Shown here: piece after piece, positions 41,201-49,035 of the stretch
Layout: every line of letters begins with the position of its first letter
How positions within the stretch are numbered: position 1 is the first letter of the stretch
Sequence record: PX853108.1
Reading direction: 5' to 3' (one strand)
Origin: a phage
Length of the DNA stretch: 64,000 nt
Program-made: the position numbers and the translations under genes
The notes under the pieces: generated by a model
What the model was told of the DNA's origin: nothing
What the model saw: the letters and a program-made list of their open reading frames with translations, nothing else
Database searches by the model: none

Positions 41201-43038
41201 TGGACTTTGCTACTTCTTACCTGGTTGGTCAGCGTAAAGATGAAATGGCTAAAGCTAAGTCTGATAGTCGTGCAACCCTGAACCAGTACAAAGGGTATAT
41301 TCCTGGTGAGAACAAACAGGGTGTTAACCTGATTGTTGCTGAAGATAGTCAGTTTGCTGATTTGATTGAGAAATCCTATGTACGACTGGGTACTTATCAG
41401 GGTAGCTCTGCTAATCGTGGTCCAGCACGTAGTTACTACTTTGCACCGGTACAGGCACAGGCTCCATTCTCACAAGGTATCCTACAGAACGTTCGCAATA
41501 CTGCTGGTGGCGTAGACCTTGGCACAGGCTTTACGATGGGAACCATGGTAGCTGGTCGTATTACTGACAAGCCTTCTGTAGACCGTATCACTAAAGCACT
41601 GGCTCGTGGTGAACGCGGTAATGAACCACTGCTGCCTGTATATGATGCCAATGGTAATGTGGTTGCTTACGAGCAATCCATTGACCCTAACATGCTGAAG
41701 CACATCGAAGGTGAGAACCATCTTGCTCGTGCAATTGGTGTATGGCGTGGTCGTCAGGTGGAAGAAGCTAAGGCTCAGCGTTTCAACGATATGCTGATTG
41801 AGAACCTGCATAGCATGTACGAGAACGACATTAAGATGTCTGCTTCTAATAAGTCCCAGTACGTTAACCTTCTTGGTTCGAAACTGGACCCAGTAACTGC
41901 CGATGCTCTTAAACTGATGAACAGTGAAACTCGTCAGAAAGCAGAAAGTCTGTTTGGACCGGGTGAGTTGTGGGTACGTCGTGACATGCTCAACGATGCA
42001 CTGGGTTATCGTGCAGCTTCTGTTGGTGATGCCTGGTCTGGTAATTCTCGTTGGTCCCCAGAAACACTAGATACCTTCAAGAAAGCTATGCTGGGTGTCT
42101 TTGGAAACCGTGCTTATAAGTACGTAATGGGTGGTGAGAATCTGGTTCAAAACTTAGTTAAAGAAGCCAAGACTCTGATTGTAGTTAAGTCAGTAGTCGT
42201 ACCTGCTGTTAACTTCCTGGCTAACCTTTACCAGATGGTTGCTCGTGGTGTACCTGTTAAGAACATTGCTAAGAGCATCCCACAGAAAACTGCTGAGATT
42301 AATCAGTATCTGAAATCTCGCCTGCGTCAGGTAGATGCAGAAGCAGAATTACGTGCAGCTACTAACCCTAACCAGATTCGTAAGCTGAAGGCTGAGATTC
42401 AGTCCATCACGGATAGCCATAAGCGTTTGAGTATCTGGCCTCTGTTAGAAGCTGGTGAGTTTTCTTCAATTGCAGATGCTGGTATTGGACGTGATGACAT
42501 CCTGATTACTGAAGGTAAACTTCACGAATACATGGAAAAGCTGGCTGATAAGTTGCCTAAGTCTGTACGTAATGCTGGTCGTTATGCACTTATCACTAAG
42601 GATACTGCTCTCTTCCAGGGTATCCAGAAGACGGTTGAGTACTCTGACTTTATTGCTAAAGCAATCATCTATGATGAACTGACTCAGCGTAAAGGTAAGA
42701 CCCGAGAAGAAGCACTCGGACGTGTAACGGAAGAGTTCATTAACTATGACCGTTTGCCTGGCCGTTTCCGTGGGTATATGGAAAGTGTTGGTCTGATGTG
42801 GTTCTACAACTTTAAGATTCGTTCTGCAAAAGTTGCAGTGTCCATGATTCGTAACAACCCAGTACATGCTGCTATGGCTATGTTGGCTCCAACTCCTACC
42901 ATGTTTGGTAACGTTGGTCTGCCTATTAAGGACAACATCTTTAGTATTGCTGCACAGGGCAACCTCGGTTACTCCTTCGGATTCGGTATGGGCTTACGTG
43001 CCCATACCCTGAACCCGTGGCTCAACCTCACTAACTAA
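32284..43038 (+). CDS. giant virion-encapsidated RNA polymerase (vRNAP)
   Basis: 3584 aa from ATG 32284 (RBS AGGAAA; track start 32266); central T7-like motifs A EADGVTNGPINAM (near 37245), B LKRGIAKNPLTITIYGSG (near 37560), C KIFDGMNIGI (near 38417). Confidence 0.85.
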   Translation: MSTFDRLAGFADSITNAKQVDVSTATSRKQAAQGQSPFQLTPDNAYNLQTGRVGNLGIGAYEPGSLQADFTQASPLEIINKYGNEQGLQILNSRANAADAVRQDLSKQRTNAEAFGDILSGVGLGVANTLGGIAALGTGLVNDNAGASIASGLDWLNKGVHNLQSDALNARRNVVQNQNVISAQENEKLYKQDIAKGESELVASLSRIGRDAYDSVANTLSNGMAATDGIAEGVGSLFTGGPLIRGVSALGKVMVGGDKAVKGITLAAELGSRPARIAQSAGRVAAPAIAIGGMEAGGAYQQTANEIMEMPFSELAAKSPVYQQHIKDGLSPEEARRQTASETGITAAGLTAPVAALTGPLVSKFELNPLKVGSLAGAGSNMLRETVEEGIQSGTSQFAQNTAIKENVDASRDILKGVGEQTGLGALYGFGSAGVAQAPGATVKAAGAAVGPAVRTTLAGASLAGKALAKVASPITNILVQRGEEVAKRNEQASPVSDATVNAAAQEATAQAEQAQATVQEAVDAMDISPEEKAAATQYAADLTQVMKFDPVELEQASPTVREAVSGSTNRVEAIQKMADLVNTAEDPNVQMEAAIQMYDNIMSMDSFINRDPGALANLEQGSPAANIVDQFSGLMANVQNTPKVLRAFRAIHSMIQEQAEAGKLKATEEANQAQANNIAMAADMSPEVLDADSVNMVLKHASEGKITLGNRQRAALQSAAALLQGAREFDAKAEELGLRPQDIVSKQIKTDESRSNEGQYSALQHAKRIRSAYNSGNFDLASAYLDDFMKFAQHMQNKVGALNEHLISGNADKNKSVHYQALTPSREWVRSRTGLGVNPYDTKSVKFAQQVGLEAKTVADIANALATAYPELNVSHVKVTPLDSRLDKPAAQVVKEFRQGNLDAAQSQQTNEPVNQVDESPVTKQEPVTPTVQTKPSVSEAVKTEPTIKESKPQTAKEPENQSEKQDAVEQPTESERDAYVKENTISQETLNKYGDRRESPWLFADGTVVGSNGDHISLSDVFGHDGYRDMSLDTGAVRSTFYKGSEQPFVSLQLFDNQKLTAEQFNTVQSFVEANNALIQIGVDTSGLNTNNVEKEEVSLAQLKADYTVGGKPLSQMETVFPVYNNEKTSNQFLKAFSLPEEPKSRTIGSESPLTDVKKALSSAARFEAFTQKENNALTSDVIKRYQDLFDFGETLKTTLSDRLAKFLANKNVGKRFAEGTEANRWVGGKLLNIVEKDGDTFKFNDQLLETAVLAGLQWRLTATQNAAVKDMKDVAAITGVEASLLPEGILAEFENAQTLVEATNSLAQKIESYWGLNRNADAPLGYTKGIPMAMATEILSSLIEMGEVKESMLDVSEIDPESNKTVGLYTIEKLDDNDAINKFPTAIEEAVLLEPVEKLYLGDDIPSVAQTQLRNPAVKNTPEQKAALKAEQATEFRVHMPMVNFYEALGRDNILELMGAGALNPELLNVNTAKSLEGKNLSVSMAYDSLFGVINQIKEQENGLDTPIHYGYNMTRVGRMQMLGKNNPQSSKLVREAILPTFSTIDLSNENSQTFSDFQLGLAQALGIKVHKMSREVMSDELTKALEGKLKPAVDMMVEFDKSGHLPTDAVDILKTSLGNDKSFVALMALMEYARYLNSDDRANFNTPLYVEADGVTNGPINAMVLMTGGKFTPDWIKNTAKGGLFFGKAGKTMNEHHSHEDSVDLYEASTNGLQQALNELRSTYRNNVPVMNQMNHLQKLMDLFIKDFNLKEDGTLDLKRGIAKNPLTITIYGSGARGIAGKMVSAITDTIYERFSDVLQARAADPSISPAMAMFGKEAASEADAQAMLDTFLTSMEALTGNVPVMRKGELSIQQVEGALTGKLDPQKFTVSGNALKNLQENMLHLFVEPMRTGIRNTVGEGLMYSTENLQKATQIQSLVLQDMFQQAVQAKLAEKEKDPTWKKGDFLTQKELNEIQNSLAPLAPMIETGSQTFYIAGSENTDVANQVLATNLDDRMRVPMSIYAPSQAGVAGIPFMTIGTGDGMMMQTLSTMKGAPKNTLKIFDGMNIGINDITDASRKANEAVYTSWQGNPIKNVYDSFAKFMKNVDFSKLSDETKQAIAKSALEYDQREGATDDLLRVGAEQIERNLRNIALGVDIRHKVMDQVQVTVDQMAAVGAPYVNNGKISLEGLTVDQQVAKLNELFDAELNKRRDAVRAAKAEPVKEVPAMEKVGRVLKSGVRLLSNTAITKLAKEMSPEQQAVLKEIQKSLAAKDYKVVYGTPAQLDAYAIEKNITRPAPEDIEAAEAGNAYGWTNFEDKTIYLVTPSLETLVHELVHATTFESVLAHYEGTPNEAVQNIEDLMNQFLTLDVKDESPAVREAYADALNTINGHLSNGFIEPAMAKAAALNEYMAWGLTNRELISKQKKTTALKTMVQAVYEAIKRLVFGRKKAPANADDMFSGLLFNSAVVMRGQAPTAAVAKDTTLFHNKAYGDNTRLEELGKTFDKLITDYIGSEPVQQVIRKGKFSDAVVNATKVTRDVQAHGFTMNMQEQRLFTNIVAALATEAAINPAALARAQEYYTHVTKNLTVEAFMADPDSTNPADRYYAQQKFDTIMGANNIEFDAQGRSSLLPTFVGLAMVSEEVRKVLADIPVMKADKKSGNTVDAMLTNIGTAAMASLNARVAGDTKATNVQEGMDALAQTIMQTSLNAESFYDSVATPTGNAIDRANQYLVDSIDVLSTRALEGAREVAANTKNPLVKGAAHAAQLVAAIATEKNGAIVAEGVMAAMNQGKVWQPFHDLVNDIIGRTKSNASVYDLIKAVRAQVQADRQQFREHLPTTIASKFSRKLTNDEWKAMHTGMGKTDLAVLRDTMSLDEIRDLLSDQKIVDREVNKLEADLQKQAGRNWPLISRKSKQLAQYMINGTVGNNLLRNATAISRLLGERKTTRSVVDVAQLDKLITLYALEAMNKTDREMLSSLAQTEIEGMDFATSYLVGQRKDEMAKAKSDSRATLNQYKGYIPGENKQGVNLIVAEDSQFADLIEKSYVRLGTYQGSSANRGPARSYYFAPVQAQAPFSQGILQNVRNTAGGVDLGTGFTMGTMVAGRITDKPSVDRITKALARGERGNEPLLPVYDANGNVVAYEQSIDPNMLKHIEGENHLARAIGVWRGRQVEEAKAQRFNDMLIENLHSMYENDIKMSASNKSQYVNLLGSKLDPVTADALKLMNSETRQKAESLFGPGELWVRRDMLNDALGYRAASVGDAWSGNSRWSPETLDTFKKAMLGVFGNRAYKYVMGGENLVQNLVKEAKTLIVVKSVVVPAVNFLANLYQMVARGVPVKNIAKSIPQKTAEINQYLKSRLRQVDAEAELRAATNPNQIRKLKAEIQSITDSHKRLSIWPLLEAGEFSSIADAGIGRDDILITEGKLHEYMEKLADKLPKSVRNAGRYALITKDTALFQGIQKTVEYSDFIAKAIIYDELTQRKGKTREEALGRVTEEFINYDRLPGRFRGYMESVGLMWFYNFKIRSAKVAVSMIRNNPVHAAMAMLAPTPTMFGNVGLPIKDNIFSIAAQGNLGYSFGFGMGLRAHTLNPWLNLTN

Positions 43039-43044
43039 ATGAAA

Positions 43045-43066
43045 AAGCCCCTCTAATGAGGGGCTT
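43045..43066 (-). terminator. hairpin terminator at convergent junction (U-tract on minus strand)
   Basis: AAGCCCCUC-loop-GAGGGGCUU; minus strand continues UUUUUCAUUU. Confidence 0.5.
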
Positions 43067-43101
43067 CTGCTAGTACTCATACTTGATGTGCTGTAAAGGA
43101 T

Positions 43102-43335
43102 TTAATCACATTTTTTCCACATCTTAGGCTTACGCCCTTCACTTGGAAATTTACCAGTCTCTTTAATCTTCCGTAGCATTTCCTCTGATGGGAACCACAG
43201 GAATGAGAAGTAAAGTTTCTTAGCTACGTAACGAGTTACTCCTAGTTTCTCTGCGATTTCATCAAATGAATATGTACGAACAGTATTGTTGAGAATGGCT
43301 TCACGAACAACAGAGGTAATAGATACTTGTGTCAT
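43102..43335 (-). CDS. small helix-turn-helix-like protein
   Basis: 77 aa; segment FDEIAEKLGVTRYVAKKL. Confidence 0.4.
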   Translation of the reverse strand: MTQVSITSVVREAILNNTVRTYSFDEIAEKLGVTRYVAKKLYFSFLWFPSEEMLRKIKETGKFPSEGRKPKMWKKCD

Positions 43336-43356
43336 GCTATTTTCCTATAAATGAGA

Positions 43357-43389
43357 AAGCCCTCACTAGGAGGGCTTGTTTTGTTTTGG
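43357..43389. terminator. bidirectional-looking hairpin with U/T tract
   Basis: AAGCCCTC-ACTA-GAGGGCTT followed by GTTTTGTTTTG on plus strand. Confidence 0.35.
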
Positions 43390-43458
43390 CTTCATGAGCC
43401 TTACTACTTTGTCGGGTAGTTCAGTACCTTTCGGTAAAAACTACCTTACACCTTTGAA

Positions 43459-43851
43459 TCAGATTGTACAACCACCACCGTCACAGGTATTGTTCTCTGC
43501 AAAGGAAGCCAGAGCCTTAGCAGTCTCTTCTTTCTCATGTAGTGCCTGACGTAGCAGGTAACCCTCTAATTCCCAAATCTTATTGAATGCATTTTCATAT
43601 GCATACTGACGGCCCTTTTGCTCATCATAGATAGTCGGGTCTACACAGGCAGATACGCCTTCGACTTTGAATCCATTTTCCAGAATTATTACACAATAGG
43701 TTACCAGACCCAGGTTAGCCAAATCATCTGCCGGTAGTGCAGAGGGGTCAACGAATGCAGACTTCACTGCATCTGCACCATTAAAATAGTAGACGCTCTT
43801 AATCTTAGATTCGATTGCTTCTTTACTTACTGTTGCCATTATTAGCCTCAT
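43459..43851 (-). CDS. hypothetical protein
   Basis: 130 aa ORF in track. Confidence 0.4.
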   Translation of the reverse strand: MRLIMATVSKEAIESKIKSVYYFNGADAVKSAFVDPSALPADDLANLGLVTYCVIILENGFKVEGVSACVDPTIYDEQKGRQYAYENAFNKIWELEGYLLRQALHEKEETAKALASFAENNTCDGGGCTI

Positions 43852-43985
43852 AGAGTGGTTTGAGTTTGTACTTAAACATGACTGCGTTGTTATAGGCTAC
43901 GCTACCTGCAAATACCAAGTATTTATGTCCTCGATTATCCGTTACCTCATAGGCATACGGGGTAGAGATTAGGTCAATCATAACT

Positions 43986-44261
43986 TCAGCTTAGTGTTGT
44001 TGATTTAACATAGGTTTCCCGGAATATATCCGGTTTACAAGGATATAACTCCCCATGTATGCCCTGGATAATATAGTCATTAGGTGAAGCAGTTAAGATA
44101 CCCTCCAAGGTTCTAATACATAATTTACTATCATTCCCAGAGAACCAGACTACCCCATTACGAAGGGCATCTACTATCCAAGCTGGTTCTTTGTTCAGAT
44201 TAAGACTTCCGTCCCATTGAAAAGCTTCAATCTCAACAGGTTTTTTACGATATTTAGCCAT
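43986..44261 (-). CDS. hypothetical protein (91 aa after start trimming)
   Basis: Trimmed to ATG 44261 with RBS AGGAGA. Confidence 0.4.
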   Translation of the reverse strand: MAKYRKKPVEIEAFQWDGSLNLNKEPAWIVDALRNGVVWFSGNDSKLCIRTLEGILTASPNDYIIQGIHGELYPCKPDIFRETYVKSTTLS

Positions 44262-44278
44262 AGTATTTCTCCTACTTT

Positions 44279-44308
44279 CAAATAAAAAAGTCCCTCCGAA
44301 GAGGGACT
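44279..44308 (-). terminator. rho-independent terminator (minus strand), UUCG tetraloop
   Basis: AGUCCCUC-UUCG-GAGGGACU followed by UUUUUUAUUU. Confidence 0.6.
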
Positions 44309-44565
44309 TAGTAGCTTTAACGCAGCTAACGAGGCTTGTATGAGTGCTAGGATTTGTAACTCCCAGCATATCCCCACCGTTTTAGCTGACGGCAAACAGA
44401 GATTGATAGTCTCAGAGGATACTTTACTCAGGCGAGTATTATAGTCTACTCATACTCACACTACCCTAACGGGTAGTATGTTTGCAATACCTAGAGTGCC
44501 GGACTGTCTCACCGGCATTGTCTTTAGAGTGCAATGCAATCAGGACTATGTTCTCTATTAATGAG

Positions 44566-44638
44566 TACCCACTACTGGATTTGAACCAGTGACCTTCCGA
44601 TTATTAGTCGGTTGCTTTCCCCGTCTAAGCTAAGTGGG
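44566..44638 (-). tRNA. tRNA-like gene, canonical cloverleaf; anticodon reads AAU by hand (Ile-type, unusual A34)
   Basis: Acceptor GCCCACT/AGTGGGT, D-arm GCTT...AAGC, anticodon arm ACCGA-CUAAUAA-UCGGA, T-arm ACTGG-TTCAAAT-CCAGT; folded by hand only. Confidence 0.55.
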
Positions 44639-44643
44639 CATAA

Positions 44644-44719
44644 ATGGTTACCCGGACAGGATTCGAACCTGTGTCCTAGTTGGTTTACTAGTGGGGCTTT
44701 ACCACTAAGCCTACCGGGT
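44644..44719 (-). tRNA. tRNA-like gene with encoded CCA and non-canonical anticodon loop (6 or 8 nt)
   Basis: Acceptor TACCCGG/CCGGGTA, D-arm GGCT...AGCC, T-arm ACAGG-TTCGAAT-CCTGT, then A-CCA; anticodon region CTAGT-AAACCA-ACTAG does not give a 7-nt loop. Confidence 0.45.
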
Positions 44720-45304
44720 ATTAATGAGTGAGTCACGCCAGACTTTAACTGGCTCCTTCTTCGCAATCCTTACATACCCCTACATAATTATTGCGTTAAG
44801 CTTTTTTGTTTAAGTTTAAGTGAAGGCGTTCTTGCTGACTCATAATAGGTTGGGCGTTTGACGAATGACTAGTTCGTTACTACCCGTTTGCCATAAGTAC
44901 CTGGCGACTTTGGTTTGAGGTGGGAGTCCGAGTCCTGTACAGCCTTACCGTTCACACATTGGCAGCGTATCTAGAATAGCACTTCCGGCAACTGGATTTA
45001 ACTGTTACACCTCAAATCTGGTAGGGGCGTCCAGAAGTCTCATCTGGTACTTACGCCGTCGTATGGTTACGACTTACCCCCATAATCTTTCTAATTCAGA
45101 GTAGCACTGCTCCACGTTTGGCCTTTGAACTCCGGGATGGATTAGTGCAATGCTACTTTGAATTAGTTGTCAGGGATTCCACCTGGCTCCATCTGTTTTT
45201 ATAGTCACTCAGATATCGTCTGGACTCTTTACTATGGGACTCACCGGCTACTTAGAGTAACTACGGTAAATATTATTCCACAGCTTACATTGATGTCGCA
45301 TCCC

Positions 45305-45388
45305 ATCAAAGAGTACACTAGCACTGGGCCACGCATAAGTGGGCATCGGCCTTCCTCCCACAGCTAATCTACTAATGTACTCATTGAT
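45305..45388. repeat. element R1: 84-bp unit bounded by 14-bp imperfect inverted repeats
   Basis: Left end ATCAAAGAGTACAC, right end ATGTACTCATTGAT (12/14 match as reverse complement); internal hairpins. Confidence 0.5.
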
Positions 45389-45560
45389 TGGCCCCCCGTT
45401 TCTAATACATGGACGGGGGAACTCCACGGTCGTTTGATAATCAGGACGACTCACTCCTGACTGACGCTTGGCTTATTAGGCTGCCATCAGAACAACATCA
45501 TCGTTTGCATTTATGTTATTGGTTCGTTTCTAAAAAACCGCATAATCGCTTACGAAAACT

Positions 45561-45661
45561 ATCAAAGAGTACACTAAGCACAGGTAGCTATCCTGCCGTC
45601 TTCTCCACCTACACCGGCTACAGTGTAAACCTCCGCACGTTAGCTTAATGTACTCATTGAT
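45561..45661. repeat. element R2: 101-bp unit with the same terminal inverted repeats as R1
   Basis: Identical 14-bp termini to R1, different internal sequence. Confidence 0.5.
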
Positions 45662-46393
45662 AGGATGTCATAATAGGGGAGGGAGGACGAGTCCCTCTTT
45701 ACCCTATGATTTAGTTTGCATGTAAGACCTAACAATTCGATGCTGTAGGTAGCTATGCTATCCGACATTTAACCCAGCCCATATAGGGGCTTATGTGATT
45801 AAAATGCTCAACATTGAGCGGTTAGTTGATAAGGGATCTGAAGCCTTATCCCAAAGATACTAACCTTTGGGATATAGCCTAAGATTCAGAAATGGCCCCT
45901 ATAGGGAGAGGCCATTGATTAACCCGAATGTTGCTTTACCTTTTATGTGATAACCCATTCTTAAAATAGTCTAGCTGACGGATGGGGGGCCACCCCTAGC
46001 GTCAGTGCCATACGGCAAAGATTAAGTTAAGAAAGGTTATGATAGGAGTTCCTATCTCAAAGGATTCTAACAGAACCCTTCACGATATTAACTACTCAAC
46101 GTGAAATTCTTTGATTCCCTCGACAGGTTCTACACCCCAGGAAAAAGCTAACTTTTCCATTTAATTTTGATTGAACCAATGGACTGGGGAGAGTATTCCA
46201 ATCCACTGGTTCGGTTGTTGTTGTTACTCTGGCGGCTTGTCACCACCGTTTTTATCACTGAGTTTCCAAAGTATAAGCACAGTGATGATAAATGCTATGT
46301 ATGGAGCCGACACGTCCAGAATCCTGATAAGCAATAGCATCAGAATTACGAACACTACCACAAATAGCAGCAGCTTCTGAGCCACCTACCAGA

Positions 46394-46834
46394 TTAACTA
46401 CGTTTAAGGCCAGCGAACAGTGAAGGCTTAGTAGCAGGTTTCTCTGCTGGTTCTTCAGCCTTAACTTCTTCCTGCACAACTTCTTCTTGTGCTTCTGGTT
46501 CAGTCACTGCTTCTTCTTTAGGTTCCGGCGTAGAACTCTCGTTCTGACCACCAGTAGAGGTCTGGGTTTCTTCTACCTTTACCTCTTCAACTACTTCTTC
46601 CGGCTCTGATTCTACTGGACGGTGTTTAGCTTCTTGTGGGTTCTTACGAGAACGACGAGTTTTCTTCTCTACTCCCACGGGTGGGGTATCTTCGTGAACC
46701 TCTTCGTTGATGCCTACGGAGGCTGTACCATCTGCATTGATGACAATATTAACGTCACCAGCAAGATTGATTTGATCATCGACATAAGCCTGTACAGCAG
46801 CTTCTACTTCGGACTGGTTCAAAATGATTTGCAT
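46394..46834 (-). CDS. acidic low-complexity protein
   Basis: 146 aa; E/V/K-rich C-terminal half. Confidence 0.45.
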   Translation of the reverse strand: MQIILNQSEVEAAVQAYVDDQINLAGDVNIVINADGTASVGINEEVHEDTPPVGVEKKTRRSRKNPQEAKHRPVESEPEEVVEEVKVEETQTSTGGQNESSTPEPKEEAVTEPEAQEEVVQEEVKAEEPAEKPATKPSLFAGLKRS

Positions 46835-46835
46835 A

Positions 46836-47390
46836 TTACGCCTTTAATAACTTAATAAGGTTCTGGAAAGCTGGGAGATTTACACCAGCATGGATTGCAC
46901 CGATTGCATCAGCTAAGTGCTCATTCTTATTCAGAAGTTTGCCCTTCTTATCTGTGAGCCAGTTGGCTTCAGGATAGAAGGCATGAGCAGCACGAATCAT
47001 CGTGTCTTTGGATGCGGTTTTATCACCGACCAGTGCAAGTTTGTTTTCAATTGGGGATACTTCAAAGATTGGACAACCCAATGCACGAAATGCACCTATT
47101 AATCCTACGCATACTCCATAGGATTTCATACCATTAGCAGACTGGGAGCCTACTGGTACTTCTACGAATACTGCTTTAGCAGACCGTAACCATTCCTCAC
47201 AACCAAGAAACAAATCGTGAGCGGCTTGTATATCTTTGGAGTTGGTTCGAACTTGTTTGTTGTGGTCAACTTCAGTTTGAACCAGTTTAAGTTCGACCTG
47301 CTCGAAGACGCCGGACTCAATGTCCAGCGTCCCACGAGCTAAACCCCAATTGCGGAGACTAATGTCTGCACCAACAATTGGGATTTTCAT
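46836..47390 (-). CDS. hypothetical protein, possible RNase H-fold (RuvC/YqgF-like) nuclease
   Basis: 184 aa; N-terminal MKIPIVGADIS resembles resolvase start; weak. Confidence 0.3.
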   Translation of the reverse strand: MKIPIVGADISLRNWGLARGTLDIESGVFEQVELKLVQTEVDHNKQVRTNSKDIQAAHDLFLGCEEWLRSAKAVFVEVPVGSQSANGMKSYGVCVGLIGAFRALGCPIFEVSPIENKLALVGDKTASKDTMIRAAHAFYPEANWLTDKKGKLLNKNEHLADAIGAIHAGVNLPAFQNLIKLLKA

Positions 47391-48187
47391 TAACGTTTAC
47401 CGAACAGTGATTTACCACCAGCAGGAGTAGTACTCGTGCCAGCACCTGGTTTAGGAGGTAAGCCACCTTTACCATTACCACCAGCAGAACTCTTAGTCTT
47501 GTCGCGAGTTTTGCCTTTGTTCTTCTCCAGCCATGCTGCGTAGAATACAGCCAGTTCTGGGGTCAGCTCTTTTTCAGCCTTCTCTGCTTCCTGAGCCTCG
47601 ACGACTGTGACCAGCAGTTCCGGGTGAAACACTTTCTGAATCTCGTTTACTTCACGGGTTTCACCGGAGTCAACGTAGCCGTTGTCACCTTTAACCTGCT
47701 TGGATTCCAGAACTTTTTCCAGAGCGAAGGTAACAGTCTGGTTTACCAGATCAACTGGAACCATGACAGACTTATTAACTTCTGCTTTAGCATCGAAATC
47801 GTAGACTTTAACAATCTTCTCTTCGAAGTCTGCTTCAGGCAGTTCAGTACCAGTAGCCATTAGCATCATGTCGTTAATGACAGTGTAGCCAGGCAAGAAG
47901 TATTCTTTACCGTTCTTCTCGTAAGTAGGCTTGTTGCCTTTAGCATTACCAGAAGTGAAATATACCTGAGCACGGAACTCACCAGCAGGTACGCCATCTG
48001 AGTTTTTCATGTCATCAATGATTAACTGCATCCAGTCTGCCCCAGAGTCAGCTTTGCCTACGTAAGCTACTTTTACATTACCGGTGTAGATATCGGTTTC
48101 TTTTGCACCGAAGCCACCTCCACCCAGAGAGTCTTTAACAGCTTCAACGTTTTTGGTTTTTTCTTTCAGATTACTGAACAATGACAT
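47390..48187 (-). CDS. single-stranded DNA-binding protein-like (N4 SSB-like)
   Basis: 265 aa, Gly/basic C-terminal tail, position in replication module; assignment by size and synteny only. Confidence 0.45.
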   Translation of the reverse strand: MSLFSNLKEKTKNVEAVKDSLGGGGFGAKETDIYTGNVKVAYVGKADSGADWMQLIIDDMKNSDGVPAGEFRAQVYFTSGNAKGNKPTYEKNGKEYFLPGYTVINDMMLMATGTELPEADFEEKIVKVYDFDAKAEVNKSVMVPVDLVNQTVTFALEKVLESKQVKGDNGYVDSGETREVNEIQKVFHPELLVTVVEAQEAEKAEKELTPELAVFYAAWLEKNKGKTRDKTKSSAGGNGKGGLPPKPGAGTSTTPAGGKSLFGKR

Positions 48188-48226
48188 ATGATTTTCCTAA
48201 TAAGTGATTAACAACCAGGCAAACAC

Positions 48227-48979
48227 TTAAGCGTAGTATTCAGCCAGATGGTCTAAGAGTTTCTGGGCATCGTTATCAATGTAAGTCTCGGACTTATCGA
48301 ACATACCCATTGGGGAACGAAGTCGTTTGCCAACAGACTTCTTGGTTGGACGGGTCTGGAATACGTGTTTATAGCCTAAGTCACGTTCTTCTTCCGTAAT
48401 TTCTAGCATCTTGTTTCCGTACTTCTCCAGTTCTTTAATGTCTACACGTTCTGCGTAAACCACTGTAGAGAAGTAGGCTTCAAGCCCGTTATTCTTAAGA
48501 GAACCTTTCACTGGGATGAATGTTTTCATCACACCGGCAGCTTCATCAAGTTCGTCTTTAGCATGTGCAGTAATGATTACTGGCTTACCAAACTTAACGA
48601 CTTTCTGTTGCAGCAGTATCTTAAAGAACTGTGCAAAATCCCCCCATGCTTTCTGCGTATTTGCAGAAGGCAATACGTACTGGGATTCCAGCATATCCAT
48701 CATAAAGGTTGCTGAGTCAATGATGATACCATCAACATCATCTGCCATTTCTCCACCAGGAGATGCAACATCAAATGCTTCCCAGATTTGGTAAGGGTCT
48801 TCAATGTTGTAAGTATTGAACTTGTTACGGAAAGGCAGACGCTTACCTGCTTCAGTATTCAGATAGAGCCAGCGTTCCTGGTTCCGGATGTTACGCAGTG
48901 ATGCTGATTTACCACTCGCAGAGAATCCTGCAATCAGGATTAGCTGAGTGTTCATATCATTGGGAATTGCTTCGGACAT
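48227..48979 (-). CDS. P-loop NTPase
   Basis: 250 aa; Walker A GFSASGKS, Walker B-like GIIIDSATF. Confidence 0.5.
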   Translation of the reverse strand: MSEAIPNDMNTQLILIAGFSASGKSASLRNIRNQERWLYLNTEAGKRLPFRNKFNTYNIEDPYQIWEAFDVASPGGEMADDVDGIIIDSATFMMDMLESQYVLPSANTQKAWGDFAQFFKILLQQKVVKFGKPVIITAHAKDELDEAAGVMKTFIPVKGSLKNNGLEAYFSTVVYAERVDIKELEKYGNKMLEITEEERDLGYKHVFQTRPTKKSVGKRLRSPMGMFDKSETYIDNDAQKLLDHLAEYYA

Positions 48980-49035
48980 TATTTTTCCTCATTTAATTTA
49001 GGAGTCCTTCAAACCAAAGAAAGACTCCCGTTTGC

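Noticed and set aside
45305-45661. R1 and R2 as additional tRNA genes
   Set aside because: The 7-bp terminal inverted repeats could mimic acceptor stems, but neither strand shows a T-arm GTTCGAATC-type loop or a D-arm in register.
45890-45915. Match to T7 promoter core CTATAGGGAGA
   Set aside because: The match is part of a perfect palindrome CCCTATAGGG inside a hairpin (AATGGCC...GGCCATT); too short and context-free to call a promoter.
46171-46380. 69-aa plus-strand ORF in the non-coding island
   Set aside because: No RBS, Cys/Ser-rich low-complexity translation, and it lies within hairpin-rich sequence.
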